DNA of 32,000 bases from Thermoproteus tenax Kra 1 (GTDB taxonomy: Archaea; Thermoproteota; Thermoprotei; Thermoproteales; Thermoproteaceae). Positions 6,039 through 15,968 of the stretch are shown in pieces. The translations under genes were made by a program, and so were the position numbers. Location of the stretch: the NCBI RefSeq assembly GCF_000253055.1, contig NC_016070.1:1770001-1802000 (forward strand), written 5' to 3'. Positions within the stretch are counted from its first letter, which is position 1. The number at the start of each line of letters is the position of its first letter. Below the pieces are notes generated by a model. That model saw nothing but the letters and a program-made list of their open reading frames with translations, ran no database searches and was not told the origin of the DNA.

Positions 6039-7225
6039 ATCCTCAACCCCATATATATCGTCCTGTTCCTCTCGCCGTCCCTTAACATTTGGTATATTTT
6101 GACGAAGTCTTCGACGAACATGGCCCTCTGCCCGATGCCGTGGATCACAGAGAGCCCAGGCGTATTAATGCCGCGCATCCACAATGCGGTGGCCACCTCG
6201 GTGAACACGGGCCCTCCGCCGGCTCCGCCAAACGCGATGGCTCTGTCTACAACCGCAAAGGACTTGACTCCGTCCAACAACTTTGCTATCTGGTCCGATG
6301 GGAACGGGCGGAATACCCTCAACCTTACTACACCTGCCCTTATTCCCATGCCTCTGGCTATGTCGGCGGCCTCCTTGGCGTTTCCGTACGAGGCTCCTCC
6401 ATAGGCCACTATAGCGTACTCGGCGTCCTCCATTTTGTACGTCTCCAGTATTCCGTACCTCCTCCCGAAAGTCCTCCCGTACTCGGCGTCAACTTCCTCT
6501 ATTATTTTGAGCGATCCGGTCAACGCCTCCTGGACCTGATACTTTATTTCATAGTACCAATCGGGCATCGCGAAGGCTCCCATAGTTATAGGCTTCTCAG
6601 GCCGTAAGACGTTGGGTCTCTCTCTGCGCGGGAGGAAGCGTCTAACCTCCTCCTCGTCATTGAGCTCTACGGGCTCCGTAGTGTGCGACATAAGGAAGCC
6701 ATCGTAGGCGACCATGGTTGGCAGAAGGGCAGACTCAGCCACCTTGAAGGCTTGTAGAATTGTGTCGTAGACCTCCTGCGCCGTAGAGGCTATATAGGTT
6801 ATCCAACCCGTATCCCTCGTGTTCATTACATCGCTGTAGTCGCCGTGTATCGAGATGGGAGCCGATAGAGCGCGGGCGGGAACCGCCATTACTATAGGTA
6901 GCCGCAGTCCCGATGCTATATGCAACACCTCGTGCATCAACTCCAATCCCTGGCTGCTAGTGGCCGTGAACACTCTTGCTCCGGCCGCCGAGGCGCCTAA
7001 CACGGCCGAGAGGGCCGAGTGCTCCGACTCAACGTGTATCAACTCAGCATTTAGCTCGCCGTCGTCTACAAACTCGGCGATCTTCTCCACTATAGTTGTC
7101 TGCGGCGTAATGGGATAGACCGCGACTACGTCTACGTCGGCCGCCTTAACTGCATACGCTGCTGCGTAGTTGGACGTCAGCGCCAAGATCTGTTTCTCCC
7201 TCTTGACGGAGAGCAGCGACGTCAT
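6035..7225 (-). CDS. porA: 2-oxoacid:ferredoxin oxidoreductase, alpha subunit
   Basis: The N-terminus is typical (LTSNYAAAYAVKAADVDVVAVYPITPQT). The size is right (396 aa), and the gene is operonic with 4-nt overlaps on both sides. Confidence 0.9.
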   Translation of the reverse strand: MTSLLSVKREKQILALTSNYAAAYAVKAADVDVVAVYPITPQTTIVEKIAEFVDDGELNAELIHVESEHSALSAVLGASAAGARVFTATSSQGLELMHEVLHIASGLRLPIVMAVPARALSAPISIHGDYSDVMNTRDTGWITYIASTAQEVYDTILQAFKVAESALLPTMVAYDGFLMSHTTEPVELNDEEEVRRFLPRRERPNVLRPEKPITMGAFAMPDWYYEIKYQVQEALTGSLKIIEEVDAEYGRTFGRRYGILETYKMEDAEYAIVAYGGASYGNAKEAADIARGMGIRAGVVRLRVFRPFPSDQIAKLLDGVKSFAVVDRAIAFGGAGGGPVFTEVATALWMRGINTPGLSVIHGIGQRAMFVEDFVKIYQMLRDGERNRTIYMGLRI

Positions 7226-7530
7226 GTTTCTGGCACCATCTCTATCGCTTTAACGGGACACTCGTGGGCGCATATCCCGCATCCCTTGCAGTAGTTGTAG
7301 TCAATCTCATACTTGACTTGGTATTTATGACCCTTAACGACGAACTCTCCTCTGACCTCCTTTATTGTGCCCTCCGGACAGTACATCCAACAGACTCTAC
7401 AACGTATGCACCTCTCATCGTGTATCACGGGCCTAAGACTGCGCCAGCCGCCAGTTAGATTGCGCCTAGATGAGCCTGGCTCAGTGATTATGCCGCCTAT
7501 CGGTATCTCGTGTACCTTGGGCAAGCTCAT
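7222..7530 (-). CDS. porD: 2-oxoacid:ferredoxin oxidoreductase, delta subunit (2x[4Fe-4S] ferredoxin-like)
   Basis: Two Cys clusters are present, CIRCRVCWMYCP and CKGCGICAHECP. The protein is 102 aa and the gene is operonic. Confidence 0.9.
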   Translation of the reverse strand: MSLPKVHEIPIGGIITEPGSSRRNLTGGWRSLRPVIHDERCIRCRVCWMYCPEGTIKEVRGEFVVKGHKYQVKYEIDYNYCKGCGICAHECPVKAIEMVPET

Positions 7531-8048
7531 AGTTCCCTAGTCTGGTCGTACGCTATTTTAACTAGTTGCGCGTTTAGCTCGTAGAGCCTGCCGCCGAAAT
7601 ATTTCCCCAAAGCTGCCAAGGCCGATTCCAAGGCCACGATGCTCGTCGCCTTTACTACTGCGCCTATCATAGCCGTATTGACTATGGCCCTGCCCAACAC
7701 TTTCATGGCCAGGGAGGTGGCATCCACGTAGTAGGTTCTGACAGACGCCTTGTAGACGCCGTTGACCACCAAGATGCCGCCCTCCTTGAGCCCCTCGAGG
7801 GGGTTTTCCGAGGAGAATAGAGATGGATCGGCGACGACGACCACGTCAGGTCTTATTACGGGCTCGCGCTTGCTTATCGGCCTATCGTCGATTCTCAGAT
7901 ACGCCTTGACGGGCGCGCCTCTGCGCTCGGGGCCAAACTCCGGGAACGCTTGCGCGTATTTGCCCTCCATCACGGCGGCTGTCGCCAGGACTTGCGACGC
8001 GGTCACCATGCCTTGTCCGCCCCTTCCGTGGAACCTTATCTCGATCAC
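7527..8048 (-). CDS. porG: 2-oxoacid:ferredoxin oxidoreductase, gamma subunit
   Basis: The N-terminus IRFHGRGGQGMVTASQVLA is the canonical gamma-subunit start. This is the first gene of the four-gene operon and uses a GTG start. Confidence 0.9.
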   Translation of the reverse strand: MIEIRFHGRGGQGMVTASQVLATAAVMEGKYAQAFPEFGPERRGAPVKAYLRIDDRPISKREPVIRPDVVVVADPSLFSSENPLEGLKEGGILVVNGVYKASVRTYYVDATSLAMKVLGRAIVNTAMIGAVVKATSIVALESALAALGKYFGGRLYELNAQLVKIAYDQTREL

Positions 8049-8064
8049 AGCACCTCAACCTCGG

Positions 8065-8080
8065 TAAAATATATATTTAT
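8065..8080 (-). promoter_or_regulatory. TATA-like box of the oxidoreductase operon
   Basis: The minus strand reads ATAAATATATATTTTA, centred about 24 nt upstream of the GTG at 8048. Confidence 0.4.
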
Positions 8081-8177
8081 CTATCCTTTACAAATACAGA
8101 ATATAAGAAAATACATTTCGTTATTAGGCTATATACGAAGGTACTTCGTTCTCACAATCCCTCGAGCGGAGAGCCGC

Positions 8178-10055
8178 CTAAGCCGAGACAATACCTAGGT
8201 ATTTATCGAGCGAGTTTTTGTAGCGACGCCACCACTCTATATATTCTTCATACCTATCGAACTTCCAATCCTTTGCACCCAACTCTCTAGCCATAGTCGA
8301 GACTACGTCCATAGCCCTCCTGCTCTCCCAAGGCCTTGGATCTGCGCCGGCCTTTATCGAATACTCTGCGAATCTTTTATAGAGGTCTCTGTCGAGCCTT
8401 CTTCCTATCAGCTCGTAGAGCTCGCCCAATATGGGCTCCGCCCACCCTCTGTGGAATCTACATATGCCCGAGTCCTCGATCAACGCCTCGATCACAGCGC
8501 GATCATACGCAGTTTTGGCGAACTCCTCAGGCGACATGAACGTCGGATTGTAGTTGGTCCAATATTTTCCTTGGACATACATGGGCGCGACCATGCCGGG
8601 AGCCCAGTAGAAGTTCGGAGTCATATAGCCCTCCTCGCCGTAGACTACATAGACTGCGAGGTCTCTAAACCGAACACCCCTTTCGGCCACTCTCTTGGAG
8701 AATTTCTCTTCCAACAAGCGTGCGGCCGCCCTTAGACCGCTCCTGGCCACAATCCCCAATACCTCGGTGGATCTCTCGACGAACCCGGCGACTACCTCGG
8801 CCGCCAACTTCGCGTTGGTTCTGGAGTCTGTCTCTGGATTAAACTTGGATGGGTCAAAGACGGGCCTCCTGCTTATACCAACTTCCTCGGGCTCGAGAAG
8901 TCCCTGCTCAACTGCGTCGAAGATCCATGCCACGACATGGCCCATTTCTATTGCGTCGAGGCCTTGTTCGTCCACCAGCTCCACTAGGGGCACGGCCTCC
9001 TCAAACACGTAGTTGCCTATGAAGGGGCCCATGGCGTGGAAGGGCTCATAGTCCACCTTCTTGCCGCGCCAGACCTTCTTACACAACACTGGACACGGCT
9101 CGCCGCAGTTGTACCAACTCCTGGCCTTCTCAAAGACTAGCTCGTTGAACGGTCTCCAGAACAATCTCAATAAGGCATCGACATGGCGTATCCTCTCCTC
9201 TCTGTCTAAGTAAATGGATTTGTAGCCGAAGAGCGGCACCAAGTCTCTATAGTGCACGTAGTTGACGCCGAATGTTCCTCCTGTCCCTATCGTTGGATCA
9301 TACCTATACTTGACCGTCTTCTCTTGAAGGGCCTCGAGATAGCCCTTCTTCAGCTTGATCTTGACTATCTCGTCTATCTTGTGTATGTCTGCTATAGCTT
9401 GATGCCTGGCCCTCGCCTTTCCGCCCGCTATTATCGCAGCTAAATTGTGTCCCTGGGCGGCCACAGTGCCCGGCCCGCCTCTGGCGGCGAAGTCCTCGGC
9501 GCCTTTAGAGAGCTCGCCCCCAGGAGATATGTCTATAGATGCTAACGCCCCGTTGTAGGTCGTCCAAGAGGCGGGGCCCACCACTATAGATCGCGCGTTG
9601 TTTGCTGCGAAGAAGTCTCTGTATTTGTCGAAGAGGAACTTAGTGAAGGCGTACACGCCCCTCAGTCCCTGGTACTCGTATCTGAGCTCAGCCCTCTCTA
9701 TCCTCACTCCCTCTGGGGAGGCCAACACGACAACGGGCCACGGGGCCCTCCCTAGGAATACAAAGGCATCTATGCCGGCGCCCATCATCTTGTATGCCGC
9801 TCCCCCCAAGGCGCTCGCCTGAAGCGTCTTACTCATAGGGCTTTTGAACACAGCGATGATTCTGTGGGCTCCAATGAGGCGCCCGCCCACGAAGTTGCCC
9901 ATGCCGATCACCAGAGGTGAAAGGGGCGAGAGAGGATCCGTTCTCCACGTTTCTCTCTCCTCGTGTATCTGGACTCCTAAGCTGACGGGGCCTTGGGCGT
10001 CCCTCTCGGCGATATTCACAGAGAGCTTCTCGAGATCTATAAAGGCGACGCGCAT
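8178..10055 (-). CDS. aor: Aldehyde:ferredoxin oxidoreductase family protein (tungstopterin enzyme)
   Basis: At 625 aa it has an AOR-type N-terminal domain, the Cys cluster NCGEPCPVLC, and the family motif EDSGICRF (DxxGxC). Substrate specificity is unknown. Confidence 0.87.
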   Translation of the reverse strand: MRVAFIDLEKLSVNIAERDAQGPVSLGVQIHEERETWRTDPLSPLSPLVIGMGNFVGGRLIGAHRIIAVFKSPMSKTLQASALGGAAYKMMGAGIDAFVFLGRAPWPVVVLASPEGVRIERAELRYEYQGLRGVYAFTKFLFDKYRDFFAANNARSIVVGPASWTTYNGALASIDISPGGELSKGAEDFAARGGPGTVAAQGHNLAAIIAGGKARARHQAIADIHKIDEIVKIKLKKGYLEALQEKTVKYRYDPTIGTGGTFGVNYVHYRDLVPLFGYKSIYLDREERIRHVDALLRLFWRPFNELVFEKARSWYNCGEPCPVLCKKVWRGKKVDYEPFHAMGPFIGNYVFEEAVPLVELVDEQGLDAIEMGHVVAWIFDAVEQGLLEPEEVGISRRPVFDPSKFNPETDSRTNAKLAAEVVAGFVERSTEVLGIVARSGLRAAARLLEEKFSKRVAERGVRFRDLAVYVVYGEEGYMTPNFYWAPGMVAPMYVQGKYWTNYNPTFMSPEEFAKTAYDRAVIEALIEDSGICRFHRGWAEPILGELYELIGRRLDRDLYKRFAEYSIKAGADPRPWESRRAMDVVSTMARELGAKDWKFDRYEEYIEWWRRYKNSLDKYLGIVSA

Positions 10056-10140
10056 AGGTATACACTGATTATAGTTTTTATCCTATATGGTGCACTCAAT
10101 AATAATGATAAAACTTAATATATACGACAATTACCAGCCC

Positions 10141-10527
10141 ATGGAGGTTAAGAACATAATGAATGATCGCGTAGTTTTCTGCAGAGGTACCGAGACCATT
10201 AGGTGCGCTGTCTCTAAGATGTATGCATACAATATAGGGTCTGTGCTAGTGGTCGACGACAGAGGCGCCCCTATAGGAATATTCACAGAGAGGGACCTAG
10301 TCAGAGTTATAGCCGAGGGCATCAGCCTGGATACGCCTCTGGAGAAATTGGCTGAAAAGGAGCTTATCAAAGTGTATCCGAACGACTCTATATACATAGC
10401 GGCTCAGAAGATGATAGAGCACGGGATCCGCCACATACCTGTAGTGGATGCAGGCAGAGTAGTGGGCATATTAAGCATAAGAGACGCGCTCAGATATTTA
10501 ATATCTCTGGAGGGCGCATACCCATAG
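10141..10527 (+). CDS. CBS-domain pair protein
   Basis: Two CBS repeats are present (..VVFCRGTETIRCAVSKMYAYNIGSVLVVDD.. and ..IYIAAQKMIEHGIRHIPVVDAGRVVGILSIRD..). I prefer the ATG at 10141 (TTAATATATA about 20 nt upstream) over the AT-rich extension from 10087. The start is uncertain. Confidence 0.8.
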   Translation: MEVKNIMNDRVVFCRGTETIRCAVSKMYAYNIGSVLVVDDRGAPIGIFTERDLVRVIAEGISLDTPLEKLAEKELIKVYPNDSIYIAAQKMIEHGIRHIPVVDAGRVVGILSIRDALRYLISLEGAYP

Positions 10528-10555
10528 TTTTTTACCCCGGGTCTCACTGGGGCGC

Positions 10556-11236
10556 ATGAAGCACTTACTAGCGCGTAAAGCAGCGGAGTATATAAGGGAG
10601 GGGAGCATAGTCGGCTTGGGCTCTGGCTCCACGGCTAAGGCGTTTATAGAGGAGCTGGCGAAGAGAGTGCGCGAGGATGGCCTCACCGTGACTCTCGTGT
10701 CCACGAGCGTAGACAGCGAGTTAAAGGCCGCAGAGGTCGGGTTGGATAAATATCTTGCCCCACTATGGGCCGTCGATAGGATCGATATAGCCGTCGACGG
10801 CGCGGATGAGCTGACCAGAGATAGGCTCTTCCTCAAGGGGGGTGGCGGCGCTATGTTCCGCGAAAAGGTGGTGGACTATAGAGCATCCACGTTGATAATA
10901 ATAGCGGAGTCGCACAAGCTTGTGGACAGGATACCGGCGCGACATCCAATCCCTATTGAGGTGCTTCCGGCGGCTTGGAGACTTGTGGCAGACGATATTG
11001 TGAAGAGGTGGGGAGGGAAGGCTGTGCTGAGGGTGTGCCAGTGCGGGGGAAAGCTGGGCCCCCTCGTGACAGACAACGGGAACTATATACTCGATTGGGC
11101 CCCTCCTGGCCCCATCGATCCCGCTCTGGAGGACGAACTTAGGGGGATACCTGGCGTCATAGAGAGCGGTATATTCTCAAAGAGACGCGACGCGGTAGTG
11201 TTGTTGGCCGATGAGCGGGGAGTCTTCGAGCTATAG
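10556..11236 (+). CDS. rpiA: Ribose-5-phosphate isomerase A
   Basis: The motifs GLGSGSTA, DGADE and KGGGGA are present in a 226-aa protein. Confidence 0.9.
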   Translation: MKHLLARKAAEYIREGSIVGLGSGSTAKAFIEELAKRVREDGLTVTLVSTSVDSELKAAEVGLDKYLAPLWAVDRIDIAVDGADELTRDRLFLKGGGGAMFREKVVDYRASTLIIIAESHKLVDRIPARHPIPIEVLPAAWRLVADDIVKRWGGKAVLRVCQCGGKLGPLVTDNGNYILDWAPPGPIDPALEDELRGIPGVIESGIFSKRRDAVVLLADERGVFEL

Positions 11237-12271
11237 GAACACGAGCTCGGCGCGCGCGAGCAAGATATTATTTTCGTCCTCTATGATCCTCGCCAACACC
11301 TCCACGCCGGGCTCTAGACTGCGCTCCGAGAGCAACGTAATAGCTCTGTCCAGCAGAGGGTCGCCGGATGTGTTGACAGGTACGCCTAAATACTCGCCTC
11401 TGAAGATACCTCTCCCGATCACTCTCACCTTGACTCTCCTCCCGGCCGCCAACGGCTTAGGTAGCGGCGCTCTTTCCTCGATTCCGAAGGGATTTTCGCC
11501 GCGCCAGTCGAGCTTGACGCCCGTCTGCCGCTCCCACTCTCTCAGCTTGCGCCAGAAGTGCCCCCAGCCGACGGGCTTGACCCCCCTCGGGCTACGCCCC
11601 CTCTTGTGAGGTATATACTTCTGTATTAAAACGGGGGGCCACCTCTTGCCGAGACCCGCGGAGGATGCCCATTTAATGATCTCGGGGATCTCGTCGTCGT
11701 TTAGCCCAGGTACCCAGACGGGCGATACGATGACGTCCATCCTCGTGTTGGCCAAGGCATATTCGGCCAGAGACCTGGCTCTCTCTGCGCTGTAGTAGTC
11801 AACGCCGGCCAACTTCCTGGCGACCTCCGAATTCATTGCGTCGAGACTTAAGTTGACTCGGCTGAGCCCTGCCTCGGCCAACTCCTCCAGCGTTCTCTCC
11901 CTCAAGGTGAATAGTCTGCTCTGCATCGATATTGTCTTGACGCCCGGAATCGCGCTAATATCTTGTACTAGGTCCACAAGCTCTGGGTAGACGGCGGGTT
12001 CCCCCATGCCGTCTATATGGACCTCAACGCCCCCTCCCTTGAACTTGACAACTCTGCTCAAGCTCTCGATCAACGCCTCCCTCTTGACCACGAACTCGGC
12101 CCACCTTCTGCCCTCGTATGGGCCAGCGGCCACGGAGCAGAAGGCGCAGTTGAGGGGGCAGAGGCTGGTAGGCCTCACTTCCACTATGTTTGTTCCTTGA
12201 TCTACTATTCCGTAGTAGCGCGTCCCGATCTGCGGAAGGTCTTCGATAAAGTACACCTCCCTCTTTCCCAC
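11231..12271 (-). CDS. Radical SAM domain protein, function unassigned
   Basis: The CPLNCAFC (CxxxCxxC) cluster lies near the N-terminus. The start is GTG. The gene converges on rpiA with a 6-nt overlap. Confidence 0.8.
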   Translation of the reverse strand: MGKREVYFIEDLPQIGTRYYGIVDQGTNIVEVRPTSLCPLNCAFCSVAAGPYEGRRWAEFVVKREALIESLSRVVKFKGGGVEVHIDGMGEPAVYPELVDLVQDISAIPGVKTISMQSRLFTLRERTLEELAEAGLSRVNLSLDAMNSEVARKLAGVDYYSAERARSLAEYALANTRMDVIVSPVWVPGLNDDEIPEIIKWASSAGLGKRWPPVLIQKYIPHKRGRSPRGVKPVGWGHFWRKLREWERQTGVKLDWRGENPFGIEERAPLPKPLAAGRRVKVRVIGRGIFRGEYLGVPVNTSGDPLLDRAITLLSERSLEPGVEVLARIIEDENNILLARAELVFL

Positions 12272-12349
12272 AATGGGACCGAACTATTGATTTATTCTTG
12301 CCGTCTGCGCTTAGGTGGACAAGCCGCCTACGCGGACCTCTGCGCTTTA

Positions 12350-13081
12350 CTATTTCTTTATATCAATAGGCAAAAATACATATATATAACTATAATTACT
12401 ATTAAAATAATAATTAATATAAATTAATGTGTAAAATGTTCTGTTTAGATAGAAATGGAGACAATGTAGCCTTTCATCTTGTCTGATATCGAGAGGGCCG
12501 CTGAGGTATCCAGCGAAGACTCCTCCATAGTTGTACAGAGTTCCTGACACGTAGCCCGTCAATGTGAAGCCCGGAGGGACTCGCGATGCCAGCGCCGTTT
12601 CTAAGTCCTCAAGTCTATATATAGTTATATCTAATCTCTCGAGCCTATTTACAGCATTGATCAATGTGAGGGGCTTGGCCGAGTCCACTACGCCGTTGAG
12701 GGAGAAGTTCAGAAATGAAACAGCGTAGCGGAAGTCATCGCCAAGGATATATGACGTCCAACTCAGCCTCCTCAGAGACGGCTGACGCTTTAATTTGGCC
12801 ATAAGTTCACTGAAGGTCGTGACAGACTGATAGTACACATGCGGATCCATTTCGTCAACAGCCCTTGTAGCGTAGATTTCGACGAGACATGTAGTGGCGT
12901 TGGGCAACTGCTGTCTTATCTCTTGCCACGCATCCAACGCGGTTGCGGCGGGCAGATATGCCTGGACGGCCTTGTTGTATACGTTGTAGAGGGCGTAGAG
13001 CAAGACAAGGACAGTTAACGCAACGGCGAGAATTACGGTGGCAATAAGGTAGTAGATGAGTCCTCTCCGACTCCGTTGCAT
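12350..13081 (-). CDS. Hypothetical membrane-anchored protein
   Basis: There is an N-terminal TM segment LIYYLIATVILAVALTVLVLLYALY. A TATA-like GATTATATTG lies upstream of the ATG. The last roughly 30 codons are read through a 14% G+C island. No family recognised. Confidence 0.55.
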   Translation of the reverse strand: MQRSRRGLIYYLIATVILAVALTVLVLLYALYNVYNKAVQAYLPAATALDAWQEIRQQLPNATTCLVEIYATRAVDEMDPHVYYQSVTTFSELMAKLKRQPSLRRLSWTSYILGDDFRYAVSFLNFSLNGVVDSAKPLTLINAVNRLERLDITIYRLEDLETALASRVPPGFTLTGYVSGTLYNYGGVFAGYLSGPLDIRQDERLHCLHFYLNRTFYTLIYINYYFNSNYSYIYVFLPIDIKK

Positions 13082-13134
13082 ATACTTTATACTATCAATA
13101 TAATCGCTACTGGCCTAAGAGACCAGATGGGCCT

Positions 13135-13989
13135 TTAACGGAAGTAGGACCAACCTCTATACTTCAGAGGCTTGCCTTTATAGATGACAGAGCCGGATCC
13201 CTCCACAACCCTCGCGAAGGCGACGTATCCCTCTGGCACACACCTAGGATCTACGGCGAAGACGGGCAGATATTCCTCGCCTGCGTTAAACACGACTTCC
13301 TCGGGCTCAAACCCTAGCCTGAGCGCCTCTGAGATAACCTCCTGAGGCGCCGGAAGTCTCTCGACTACTATATCGACGCCTTTAGCCATCGTCAGAAGGA
13401 CGTCGGCCAAACCGTCCGAGGAGTCCATCGACGCCGAGATACACTCTGGAGGAGGGGGAGGGGGCCAGTCCAACGAGGGCCTTTTAAGCCAGCGGATTCC
13501 CTTCGCCACAATGGGCGACTCGCCGTCGTGTTCAAACGCCGCGAAGGCAAGGCCCGTGTAGCCAAATAACGGAGGCGTTATGAGGACGTGGCCCGCTCTG
13601 GGCCTCCGCCCTATTTTGACCGCCGTTGTGCCAACTGCCATGATGTCCACTACGACTTCAACGCCTTGGTTGAGGTCGCCTCCGAGATATCTGACCCCAA
13701 AGTGAGTCGCGGCCTCCAAGATCCCTCTGAATACTTCGAGGGCTTTGTGTGGCTCGGGAGCCGTTATGGAGCTAAGCACTGCTTTGGTGTGAGCCAATTT
13801 GACCTTCATATCGCTCAGAGCCGCCGCGACCGCCCTCCAGCCCATATCGGCGTATGTGTGAAACGGCATCTTGGCGTAGCTCTCTGCGAATCCATCAACT
13901 TTCAGAGCCAGCCCATCGATATAGGATACGTCGTTTTCCTCCTCCCCTAGCTCGCGTAGAAAGGTCCTCAAAAGGGATTTTTCGTCCAC
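13135..13989 (-). CDS. thiL: PurM/AIR-synthase-superfamily protein, thiamine-monophosphate kinase (ThiL)-like
   Basis: The motifs SDMKVKLA (cf. SDiaAmGa), GGDL, DSSDGL and GEEY are collinear with the ThiL motifs GGDT, DLSDGL and GEDYEL. The N-terminal GDD motif is divergent (IDG). Confidence 0.65.
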   Translation of the reverse strand: MDEKSLLRTFLRELGEEENDVSYIDGLALKVDGFAESYAKMPFHTYADMGWRAVAAALSDMKVKLAHTKAVLSSITAPEPHKALEVFRGILEAATHFGVRYLGGDLNQGVEVVVDIMAVGTTAVKIGRRPRAGHVLITPPLFGYTGLAFAAFEHDGESPIVAKGIRWLKRPSLDWPPPPPPECISASMDSSDGLADVLLTMAKGVDIVVERLPAPQEVISEALRLGFEPEEVVFNAGEEYLPVFAVDPRCVPEGYVAFARVVEGSGSVIYKGKPLKYRGWSYFR

Positions 13990-14322
13990 TTATTCAACTG
14001 CGCTATAAATTAAATCTGCAGCTGCGTCGACGTCCGATCTCTTGAGCAGATCCCAGAGAGGCGATCTGTCTCGGCAAACGATGTACCGGACCTTGGACCT
14101 CGTGTCGTCCTTGAGTGCCAGGCCCTTTGTCGCGAGTCCCTCCAGGACATGTTTAACGAGCGTCAGCGCGATCGGCGCCGTAGTGTCTATGCCTGCGAAC
14201 TCCAAGACTCTACGCGGGGTAAACGATACACAGTTGCCCTTAGCCTCAGAGACTATTTTATACAAGCCCATGGCGATAGTCCTGGTGACGCTCTTGAAGT
14301 CAGTGAGATTAAAGGCCTTCAT
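13990..14322 (-). CDS. Small hypothetical protein, possibly winged-helix
   Basis: The ORF is 110 aa. Its stop abuts the start of the ThiL-like gene with no gap, suggesting an operon. The helix-turn-helix-like stretch is LTLVKHVLEGLATKGLALKDDTRSKVRYIV. A TATA-like TTATTTTTAAC lies upstream. Confidence 0.5.
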   Translation of the reverse strand: MKAFNLTDFKSVTRTIAMGLYKIVSEAKGNCVSFTPRRVLEFAGIDTTAPIALTLVKHVLEGLATKGLALKDDTRSKVRYIVCRDRSPLWDLLKRSDVDAAADLIYSAVE

Positions 14323-14439
14323 GGATAGGGAAACCCGCGTTAAAAATAAGGTCCTTAGTTATGTGAAGATACCTCATCCTTGGGTTTCTCCTGTATCACA
14401 GGACGAATGGGACATTCTGAGACTAACCCTTATATACGC

Positions 14440-15189
14440 TTAGAGGAAGAGCGCGGATAGGATAAAGGCGAGCCCCAAGGCTGACTCAACTATTAGGTTT
14501 ACTGCCTCGTTTGTCAAATAGCCATAGGAAACATAATCGGAGCATCTCGGCTCATCGTATACCACACCTCTACATATATACTTTTTCTGAGCGACGGCGC
14601 CTATTATGCTGTCGAGTACATCGCCCAAGAACCCAAAACAGCCAATGACCCAGGGATTGAGCCCAAGGATCACATAGGACAGTATCGCTACAGAGGCTGC
14701 CCCGAGCAGACCGCCGAGGGTGCCCGCCAAGGTCACTCCGCCGGAGGTGCCGGGCTCCACCTCTACCCAAGGTTTCGTTATCAAACGCGGCCTTCCGCCG
14801 TAGGCTACGCCTATTTCGCTGGCCCAAGTATCGGCCGTGGCGACCGCTATTGATATTGCTGTGGCCGACAAAGCGACGTGGACGCCCGCAATATAGAGTA
14901 GGGCGAACAAGGCCATCGGCGTGCCAACTCCTACCACTTGGGTTATCGAGCGGCCTGCCACATCTTTTAGGCCGTGTTGAGCCTTCCAAGAGGCCCTCAG
15001 CCTAGTCAAAAGGCTCGACGAGATGAAGAAGAAGAGGAAGATGAGAAAGATGCCTGGTCCCGCCGCGGCGAGAGCCCAAGCAATCAACGTGCCGGCGACG
15101 GCGCCGCGCACATTGATGAAGCCTGCCTTATGGGCGAGGAATGCGAATATCGGGACGATGAGAAGCGCAACTGTCAGCAATAGATCCAT
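14440..15189 (-). CDS. DUF92/TMEM19-family integral membrane protein (the family includes VTE6-type polyprenyl/phytyl-phosphate kinases)
   Basis: The motifs ATADTWASEIG and EPGTSGGVTLAGTLGG sit among multiple TM helices. I use the ATG at 15189 (MDLLLTVALL..) because the longer ORF to 15381 overlaps the divergent gene and lacks membrane character. Confidence 0.75.
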   Translation of the reverse strand: MDLLLTVALLIVPIFAFLAHKAGFINVRGAVAGTLIAWALAAAGPGIFLIFLFFFISSSLLTRLRASWKAQHGLKDVAGRSITQVVGVGTPMALFALLYIAGVHVALSATAISIAVATADTWASEIGVAYGGRPRLITKPWVEVEPGTSGGVTLAGTLGGLLGAASVAILSYVILGLNPWVIGCFGFLGDVLDSIIGAVAQKKYICRGVVYDEPRCSDYVSYGYLTNEAVNLIVESALGLAFILSALFL

Positions 15190-15329
15190 GAGGCGGGTTG
15201 GCCCGGCTTTTTTATTCGTTGTCCCCTTTGCGGCGCCCGACACATATCGAGCGACCTGGACGGCCTCGACCTGCCAGATGGACAGCCGGTGAGGTCGAAA
15301 AATTATAAAGGCCGTGAATACTATCGCTT

Positions 15330-15941
15330 GTGTCAAAGCGTGGGCGTCCGAGGCGAAACAGAAGGATCTTCGTAGTGGCACTAATAGCTATAATCTTCGC
15401 CGAAATAGGCTGGATACTGGGGACCTCCGGCTTTAGGCTTCCCATAGGAGGCGGCGGGACGCAGAGGCTCGCCATATCGCCTTTGCTCTCCAACGCGCAG
15501 CTCTGGGTTCTGACCCCCAACGGCTATGCGCCGGGCGGCCAACCGCCTGTTTATAACAACGCGATAGTCTACGTAGCAATGGAGGGCGTCTCCCTGCCCC
15601 AGAGCCTTCTAAATACAACCGAGCCCGTGTACATTCTGATGCTAGACCCCTTGTTCGGCCCCTATGCGTTTAGCGCTGCAAACTACGTCTACGCGCAACT
15701 GTTCGGCGGCAACTACACACTGGCATCAAGGTATCAGAACAAGGTCATTTTGATAATGCCAGGCGAGCAACAACAACAAGGTCAAGCGGTCTTCAACTGG
15801 GTGGTTGCCGCGATGGGTCAAGGCGGCGTTACCCTCGCGCCGACAAACAATCTTAATCGGTTGATAGATGAACTGTACTCACACATGCCGGTGGTGGCCG
15901 TTGTTGAGAACGGGACCGTCGTCTCAGTCACCGTGGGATAA
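15330..15941 (+). CDS. Hypothetical signal-anchored or secreted protein
   Basis: From a GTG start, the N-terminus is basic (SKRGRPRRNRR) and is followed by the TM segment IFVVALIAIIFAEIGWILG. No family recognised. Confidence 0.55.
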   Translation: MSKRGRPRRNRRIFVVALIAIIFAEIGWILGTSGFRLPIGGGGTQRLAISPLLSNAQLWVLTPNGYAPGGQPPVYNNAIVYVAMEGVSLPQSLLNTTEPVYILMLDPLFGPYAFSAANYVYAQLFGGNYTLASRYQNKVILIMPGEQQQQGQAVFNWVVAAMGQGGVTLAPTNNLNRLIDELYSHMPVVAVVENGTVVSVTVG

Positions 15942-15968
15942 TTTTTTAGAAGGCCATCGATCTCCCGC

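Noticed and set aside
12351-12450. The AT-rich islands (also 25641-25750 and 31151-31290) as replication-origin or DNA-unwinding elements.
   Set aside because: All three are read in frame by ORFs. I see no ORB-like repeated boxes and no adjacent orc1/cdc6 gene. They are reported as compositional anomalies instead.
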